This document shows positions 52,446 to 61,400 of a DNA stretch of 64,000 bases, one piece after another. Made by a program: the position numbers and the translations under genes. The DNA is from Schizochytrium sp. TIO01 (lineage: Eukaryota; Protista; Bigyra: Labyrinthulomycetes): assembly GCA_004764695.1 (NCBI GenBank), contig SMSO01000034.1:1178001-1242000 (forward strand), read 5' to 3'. The notes beneath the pieces are model-generated. The model was not told the origin of the DNA. It ran no database searches and worked only from the letters and a program-made list of their open reading frames with translations. The first letter of the stretch is position 1. Every line of letters begins with the position of its first letter.

Positions 52446-55400
52446 ATGAAGCGCCGGCGCTCGATTCGCGGCGAGCCCGAAGCGGCAGCGCCCGAAGCAA
52501 CGGCGCCCGAAGCAACGGCGCCCGAAGCAACGGCGCCCGAGGGCAGTTTGCCAGTGGCACACGTGGCGAACGACGCTGTGGACGCCGGTCTTTGGGACTG
52601 GTCAGCATCGACGGAGGAGGAGGTGCAGAGAGCGCTCTCAGATTACGTCGTGCTTGGCGTGAAGAGCGACGGGTCACGACAGTTCGTATCCCTCAAGGAG
52701 CTCGATGTGAAGGAAGGCTCCACCTTTGAGTCCTTCTGTGCCTATGGAGGCCTCGTTGCGGAGCCTGAGGCACTGAGGCAGGGCCCACCGCGCGAGGAGA
52801 CCACCTTCTCCACGCAGGAGTCTATGGCTGCCGCAGCCACAGCAACGGCAGCCCCGGTAGCAGCTGCGGCGAAGGCAGCTGGATCCAAGTTTGAGACACG
52901 AGAGGTTCTCCCAATCGAAATGGCTCGCAAGATTGTCGACGGCTTGCTCGCGGATGATGAAAGCCTTCCATTCGCAGAACCAGTGGACGCGGAAGGTCTT
53001 GGGCTTGCGGACTACTTCGACGTTGTCAAGCAGCCTATGGACCTTGGCACTATCAAACAAGGACTCGTAACCGGAGACTACCTGCCACAGTTCTCTGTAG
53101 TGGTCGCAGCAGCAGAAGCGGCACCCCATGCCAAGGCGGAGAAGGGCTCATCCTCCGCTGTCCCTGCTTCAAATGGAAGCAACAGCAAAAAGTCCAAGAC
53201 CGGGACCAAACAAACTCCCAAGAAAGCGAAGCCTTCGGCGAGTAAATCATCCTCTAAGTCTTCTAAGCGAAAGGGAAGTCGCCGGGCTTCAAGGATAGCT
53301 AGCGAGGATGACATGCTCTTGGACGAAGTTGAGGAGGCTGACGAAAGCGATGGGGCACTCTTGAAGACTAAATCAAAGGGTCGTGCAGCTAGATCCTCAT
53401 CGTCGCCGACTTCCTCATCTGGCGCTGATGCCATTTTGAGTGCATACCCAGGCTTAGAAGGTTGGGTCGATGCCGAAAAGCTCAACACTCACCTCAAACT
53501 GGTTTTCAGCAATTGTATTGCATATAACCAAAATGGTTCGCCCATTGTTGCGTCAGCTCGTCTTATGATGGAGCACCGTTCCCGTCTATGGTATCGCCAT
53601 GGGTCTAAAAACACCGTCACGATTAACATTCAAGGCAACGTTCTTGACAACGCAGCTGTGGCCAGTTTGCAAGCGGCTGCTGCCCAGGCTGTAGCTTCAC
53701 TTGTGCCCTCTGGATCATCGGCGCTTGCGCAAAGAGTTTATATCCCCAACGTTGTTGACTACATGATTGAGTACGGTGTAGGAGGCGCTAGTCACTCGCT
53801 TTGGCTTGTCGCTGAGCCGAAGGAGGAAGAACAAGTAGAATTGTTAGAAGAAACCTCCGACCGTCGCTCGGGTCGCGGACGGTCGCGCTCTGACAAGGGT
53901 GGGTCCAACAATAAGAAGAAAAAACCAACCACTAAGGTAGCCACCCCAGTAGAGGAACCAAAGTGTACTTTTTACTACCGCATTGCCTGTGTTTCATACA
54001 ATAACGAGTATGTGCCAAAGCTCGAGCCTGCAGCATCGTACGCATACTACTCTGAACAAACGGTTGCTAACTTTCACTTCTGCGCCCGCCTTGTTCATGA
54101 ACTTCGTCAGCGTTTACAACTCAAAGATTCAATTCTTGACTCTGTAGAAAGCCCGAGCGCAACCTTGCTTAAGGCTGCAGTATGGTGCAATGAGGTTGGG
54201 GCTCCACTCCGACCTAACACGGTCTCGTTTTTACGCCAAAATGGGACCTTTATTGAGGAACAAGTTGCTTCAGTTGGGCCACATTTAACTAAAGCATATG
54301 GAGTGGTTGATTTCTTGCGGAAGATGCCTGAACTCGATGACGACTACCTAAATGCGTTGTTCCCACTTCCGGAACCTGCAACTGTCTCGGCGCCTGCGCT
54401 ATTTGATGAAGAACTATTCAGGAAACAGTTTACAACAACCTCAAGTTCTGGCGGACATGGGAACTCCAATGATGACCGCATGCTCTTAGGCATTTCTTCT
54501 GAAGCAACTTCTTCGACCTCAAATGCGTCATCTAGCAGCACTGCGGACGGCCTGCACAAACAGGAACGATCCACAACAGAAACTATTGTCAATGGTTCAA
54601 ACGAAACTGCCACGTCGGCACGCGCCGAGGATTATGGGTATATCAACTTAGGTACTGAGGTCGATGCTGATGCAGAACGTGGGACGATCAAACGAGGCTA
54701 TGAACTCCCCAAACCACAACTGTATTCGTTTCTAGTTGATCCCATTGCAAGTGCTAAAGCCTTGGATGAACTTCCGAAAGTTATGTCTGACAAACCAAAA
54801 ATCAATTCTGCGTCAGTTGCAGGTGCACCTACAGTGCCAACTGCGGTGCCAACAGCAGCAGAACAAGGTAACGTGACCTCTGCGAAGTTGATGGCACCAA
54901 CAAAGCAGGGTCAGGATCTTTTGGGCGCGCGTGTAGAGATGCTCTGGCCTGACGACGGGGTTTGGTATCCCGCTACAGTTGTGCGATACCGGCCAAAGAC
55001 TGAATTGCACTTGCTGCAGTATGATGACCGAAATGAATTGGAGTGGTGCGACCTCAATTCAGGCAGTACCCTTGAGTGTACATGGCGTTTTATCCCAGGT
55101 TATCAAAACAAAACTCAACATACCTTTGACTCACATAATCTCGTTGGCGTAATGCCATGTCAGCACGGACCAATCGAAAAGATTTGTGTCCCACCGAGCC
55201 TCCTTGGGCCAATTACTCGTGTCTACATATTCTTCCAATGCTTTGCTGAACAACTCGGGTGGAATATTCGTCCTTTCTCCCTTGCTGAGTTTGCAGCCGC
55301 GGTGCTTTCCAAATCTGTTCGTACTAACCGTGCGAAGGAGCCACAATCTATAGCCGCTGAACTGTTACTTTGTATTAACTTGGAGCTTCTAAACCTAGTT

Positions 55401-58400
55401 ATGAGCGAGCATATTGAGGATTCAGAGGCATTCGCTCAGTTTAAAAGGACACACAAGGATGTCGAAATCCCTAAACCTGTGACAGTATTACCACCAACTT
55501 CGAGCGATGAGGGGTCAATCGTGCGGTGGGCTTTCGATCAAGTTGGGCGTGCTGTTCAAGATATCTCTGTATTGGCGCTCATGGACCGTGACAAAGAAGG
55601 TCGTCGTTTCAGTGATGGCGCCTCTTGGCAAGATCTCAAAAATGAAGTACATGATATGATGCGGGACCCTGGTTGGTTTGCTACACGCCCAGAATTCTTG
55701 GAAAGCATATGCAGGTTCTATGTAGAGGTGGTTAAGTGGAAGCCCAATTGCGCGCCCCGTCTGCAAGGTATCCCCATCAACCTTTACACATTGTACACTT
55801 TAGTAAAGGCTCGTGGCGGATTTCGTGTTATTGAGAGCCGACAGACCTCGGACGAAATATGGAAACAAATTGCTGACCAGCTACCCAACTTTTCTGATGA
55901 TGAAATTGATGAGGAGATCATTGGTCCTGACCTACGTGATATCTACTCCAGGTACCTCTTGTTATATGAACGTGCGTATCTAGGTCATGCTGCTCATGCT
56001 AAGCTACGCATGGGAAGCAAAGTTTTGCTTCGCAATGGTGAAAGTACAGATGGTGCCCCCATTGGATTGTCTTTGCTCGCACCAAACCCATTAGAAGGCC
56101 TACCGACTCACTCAACCTGCTATGTAGCTGCTGCACACGCTTCCTTTAACGACGATGCTGACGACGATGCTGATGAAGACATCCAAGCGGGAGTTGCGTC
56201 TTCAACAACACAGGGTGCTAAGAAGACCTCTCCTTATTTCTTCTTCGCGCGTGAGCAGTGGGATAATAGTATGAGTTTTGCAGATTGCTCGCGACTATTG
56301 ACGAATCGCTGGAAGACTATGTCCGATACAGAAAAGTCTAAATATGTGAGAATGGCTGCTGTTGAAGATGAAGAGGTTGACGATGTTGTTTCCTCCCAGC
56401 GCAAAGTGGCCAATAACAAGTTGTTCCCAAAACGTAAGCGAGAGAAAGTCAGGAAGAAAGGTCGTACTGCATTTACCTTTTTTGTGAGCGAGGTTCTCAA
56501 GGGGGCCCACCAAGAGTCCCATCCTGGCGAAAAGGACCGCACCATCGTGAAAAGTGTGTTTACAGAAATTGCCAAAGTTTCGGCTGACAAATGGAAGTTA
56601 ATGTCTGAAGAGGAGCGTGCACCATACCGTGAACTTGCACGTGAGGATGCCTTAGTAGTGGAGGAGGCGCATCGCCGACGGGCAGAACTCGAGGCACGCC
56701 AAAACCGCGCTAGAACAGGATATACACCTCCGAACATTCCTTCCATCAATACAACAATTGCTACACGAGGAGCACCAGTATTCACTGCGCAACCCGACAC
56801 GCATTTCCGACTGGTTTCATCGACACCTGTATTTTTACCTGCGAATCCGGTACTTCACTCGCTGCAACTACAATCCAAGAAACCTTCTGATGAGCATTTC
56901 AATGTGAAACCCGCTCGCGTTGGTCTCAACTTTTTCTCCATGAACGACTGGACCTGGCAAGAGTTCTTAGTGGAAGTATTTTGTCGTATGGAAGGTATAG
57001 AAAATCCTCGCAGCAGCGCGGCACACCGCAAACCTCGGAAGAGTCATCAAGAAGAGAAAAAAGACGATGATGATCATATGGAAGACGAGGATACTCATGG
57101 AGCCAGCAACAAATCGCCGACAAACTCTGACCCGGGTGAAGAGTTAGAAACTTCATCATTAAAACAAAACAAAGATCAGGACGAGTCGACAGATTCCGCT
57201 GCCGAGGATGCAGGCGAGTATGACCTCAAAGAAGAAGAAGCAAAGGAGGATCAGTTTTGGGAGATTGCACCACCTTCTATTGCCGGCCAGGATTCCTCAG
57301 CATCACTTTTCGTGGAGGAGGAAAGTGAAGTGGAGGACGAGGCCGGGGTTGTAGATGAATGTGAGCGGCTTCTTGAGGCGCTCATTTCCCATCCTCTGGC
57401 TGCTCCTTTTGTAGAACCCATTGAACCTTCACAGCCAGGTATGCGTAATTATGCGCGTGTGGTGGCCGAGCCAATCTCGTTGAGTGAGATCTTAGAGCGT
57501 CTTCGGGCAGGCTTTTACCAGTGTGATGCAGAAACTATGGAACTAGAAGCATTCGTTTCTGACCTTCGCATGGTCTGGAGCAATGGTATGAAGTTCTACA
57601 AGCAAGGTTCTGAGGTTTATGACGACATTCAGCACCTCAGTACCCTGGCGGATGAGAGGCTTGAGGGAATTTTAGAAATGGATAGGGCAACAGAACATGA
57701 GACATCGAAGAAGCTAGATAAATTTGTTGACAGGCTCATTCAGTTATCTGATGATCAGCAACGCTCAGTGTACGAGTCGATTCTTAGTAAGTTTCCCATA
57801 TCCCATGGCCCTGGTCCTAAATCGTCTAAACGCAAGCCCCACGAAGAGTTGAAACGCCTACGACTTCGCTATCCTCGTAAGGTGGTTGGTCGTTACGCTT
57901 TGAACGTAATTTCGCGGGACGAAGATGCTGAGGCATTTTTAGAACCTGTCGATACCTCTTTGCGAGGCCTCGAGGACTATGAGGAGATCATCAAGCGTCC
58001 AATGGATTTGGGGACCATCTCAAGACGCCTGGAAGATGGTTTTTATGATTACTATGCTTCTGCAGATCGCTCAACTTTAGCGCCAAAATTTCTTCGTGAT
58101 GTAAAACTTGTTTTCAACAACTGTATTGAGTACAATGGTGAGACTTCTGGCATTGGACGTGCTGCTGACCGGCTTTTTGATCTCTTCCAGAAATTATTAC
58201 TCGCAGGCAAGGCTCCTGGGTATAGTGCTATGGAAACTATGCCTGTGGTAGGCTCCAAACAATCCATGTCTGCTACGGGAGAAGTTCTTCGACCAGTCAA
58301 GCGGGTTTTGTTTGGAGTGTGCGAGGTTATACAACCCGAAGATGATCAACACGTCAGTCATGCTATTAATTATGCTGTATCTTCCACCGAAAAACCGAAA

Positions 58401-61400
58401 ATGGTGTCATCTTCATCGAGTGTTCCAGTTACTTCAAATAGCAATGGGGTTTCTAATCAACAGAAACCAATCGATGACACCCCCAATGAGGACGCAGTGA
58501 TGACAGAAGCTTCCAAAGACAAATCGAACTCTGAAAATTCCAAAACTGCCGCAGAAGTTACTGCGACACCAATTCCTGAGGACCAGGTGTCAAATCCGCG
58601 TGGTGAACCAGCTGTTACTTTGAATGAAGATTCCAAGGCACAGCCGAAAGTGCATAGTTCCGCACCAGTCACTGAAGCGAGTATTTCACCTACTGGGGAC
58701 GAGGCAAAGGACCCAGAATCAAATTCAGATCCGCTTGATGAACCTCTTCCTCCTCGTGAATCTTTCCCAGATGTCTGCGAGCATTTGCTCGACGAGGTGA
58801 CTGAACTCCGCGTGTACAAGAAGACAATGGAATCCTCAGGCGTGGGCGCAGAATTGGAGGAAGCTCGCCGAAAGCTTAAAGGAGGGGAATATAGCTTAAA
58901 CGAGGTAGGTGAAATTGGTAATGACTTTATCCGTGACATCCGTGCAATGCTCTCCAAATGGCATGCTTCTGTCACAAGTCCAAACGATAAGACTGCTGTT
59001 TCTGAGCTCACTGAGCAGCTAGAGCAGAATTATGCGATTGGTCTACGAGACAATGCAACAAGTAAATGGGCTTGGGTTGGTGAAAAAATCCTCTGGCTCG
59101 ATGTCCGTGTCCAACCCCCTATCATCAAGCAAGCTCAGATCCAGGACTACTATGCACCACCGAAGTACCGGTACAAACACATGCGCTCGAAGACCGATTT
59201 TTACCGTCTTCGCGTACAAGTAGAGACGGAGCCTAATATGATGCCCTTAAACCTGTGGACTGATCAAACGATTGCACACCGGCTCACCAAGGGTCTCAAC
59301 TCCTATGCAAACTCATATGGAGTTCATTGGACTTTTTCATCTGACAAGGAGGCATCTGAAGCTTTGGTCGATGCAAACGCCCTTTCAGATGTTGATGCGC
59401 ATGAAGTCGACGATGCCGCGCTGGATCTCGACGATTTAGAGGATGAAGAAAACGAAGATGACGATGACGATGACGATGACAATGGTGAAGAAAACGAAGA
59501 TGATGAAGACGCCGCGAATACACAGACGTCTTCAGCGTTGAAGGGTTCAGAGAATGATGTTCGGGAAACCTCATCTTCAAGTAGTGAAGCTCTTCCGCTT
59601 GGACAGAAGGTTGTGTCTGAAATGCTAGAATTCTGGTCCCCGGAGGATATGCCTTCAGTCGAAGTGTCCATGAGTCCCAAAGAACTTCTAAATGAAATCT
59701 TATCAAACGACTACGCTTCTCTTACACCCCATGTGAAACTTTGCATTCTGGAGCGTCTTTGTGAACATGTAGTTAACACCTTTCCAGTGCGTGTGGGTAT
59801 TGCCATGGCTATGGGCATTCGTAAACCGGAGCGATTCGACCTCGGACCTAAGGAGGAAAGTGAGCTGATCCTGCGAGGCCGACGTAGCCGGGTCCGTAGC
59901 CGTAAAGCAGATGACGCAGATAGTGAGGACGGAAACTTCACAATCTCAGGTGTTGCTGCCACAGTTCCTGAGTCGGCCTCAAAGCGTCAGACGCGAGGCA
60001 AGCGGGTCAAGTATCAAGAGCTGGAAGACCTCGACGACGCACTTGGCATAGAGGAGGAAGAGAGTGAGCCTGAAGAACAGAAGGAAACTAAACAAAGTCG
60101 TAGTCGGTCTTCAAGAACTCGCTCTAAGACAGAAGATGTCCCCGAAGAAGACTCCGTGGAAAACCCTACACCTCAAACAAGAGGTAGTAAAGGAAAACCG
60201 CAAAAGTCTACAGATTCAAGTGCAAAGGCCGAGGTAACGGAAGATATTATTGCGACCCCACGCCACAACACTCGCTCACGAAGAAGTAGTCGTACGCGGA
60301 CAATGAAACTTGAGAATGATGTTCTGGCTCAGGATGGTGAAGACGAACCTGAAAAGGCTGAAGTTGACGAAACTCCAGCAGCAGCCTCAGCGCACCAAAG
60401 TCGACGAAGCACTCGCAACTCTCGTTCTGCACCGCCCTCATCATCGCGCCGCAAATCAGCTGCTACTGTCGCTGAGGATGAAGTTGAAGAAGCTCCAGTC
60501 CGCCGTGGACGTGGAGGTCTCCGCAAGACTCCTGTGGCCAAGGCCTCCGTGAAAGGTGTAGAAGAAAAGGGAAATGAGAGTGCTGATGAGCAACTCGATG
60601 AATCAGAGTTCGATGCAATGGATGTGGAGGACAAGACCCCTGCTCGGAGTACTCGCAGGAGCGCGCGTACTCGTGGAAGTTCCAAGAATAAGCGCGCTGC
60701 ATCAGCAACTCCTGCACGGCGTGGACGATCCCAAAAGCAAGCAGAAGAATCGGAAGACGAGGTTCTCCTTGAAGACGAGGTCGACGCAGACGGTATTCAG
60801 GGAGAAGACGAGGAAGAGTATGAAGAGGGAGAGCACGGTCGTAGCAAAACGCGTTCTTCACGTAGGTCTAGTGCTGTGAGCAGACGCCAATCTGCTCGCA
60901 CACGCCGCAAGACAGAACTCTTTGTTGCTGAACCCCACTCATATACTAAAACCAAGTCTGGTGAGGAGCTTCGCAGAAGCTCGCGCAAGTCTGCGCGAGG
61001 TCAGAAAAGGGGCCGCTTTGCTGATGTAGATAGCAATGACGAGATTATGTCCATTGATGAGGACAATACTATCGATCCTGAGATTCTTATCGCTATTCAA
61101 CAGAAGGATTCCTTGCAGGAAATCATGCAGACCTATGTTCTTCAGGAAAGTGAGAGTCTCTTGAAGGCTGAAATCGACCTTGAAGTTGCTGCTTGGCAGC
61201 CTCAGCGCTCTTTTCTTAAAGTCGCAGATTTTGATGCATCCAGGACATTAAACGAAGATCACACTATCCAAAGTGATCGTGATCATGTTAATGTTACAGT
61301 TGCTAAAGAAACTGCCGTGGAGTCGAATGATGGCACTGCCGTGGCCAGCCAAGACAAAGATGCTGAAATTGAACCAAATGCAGTTGCGATACCGGAAGGC

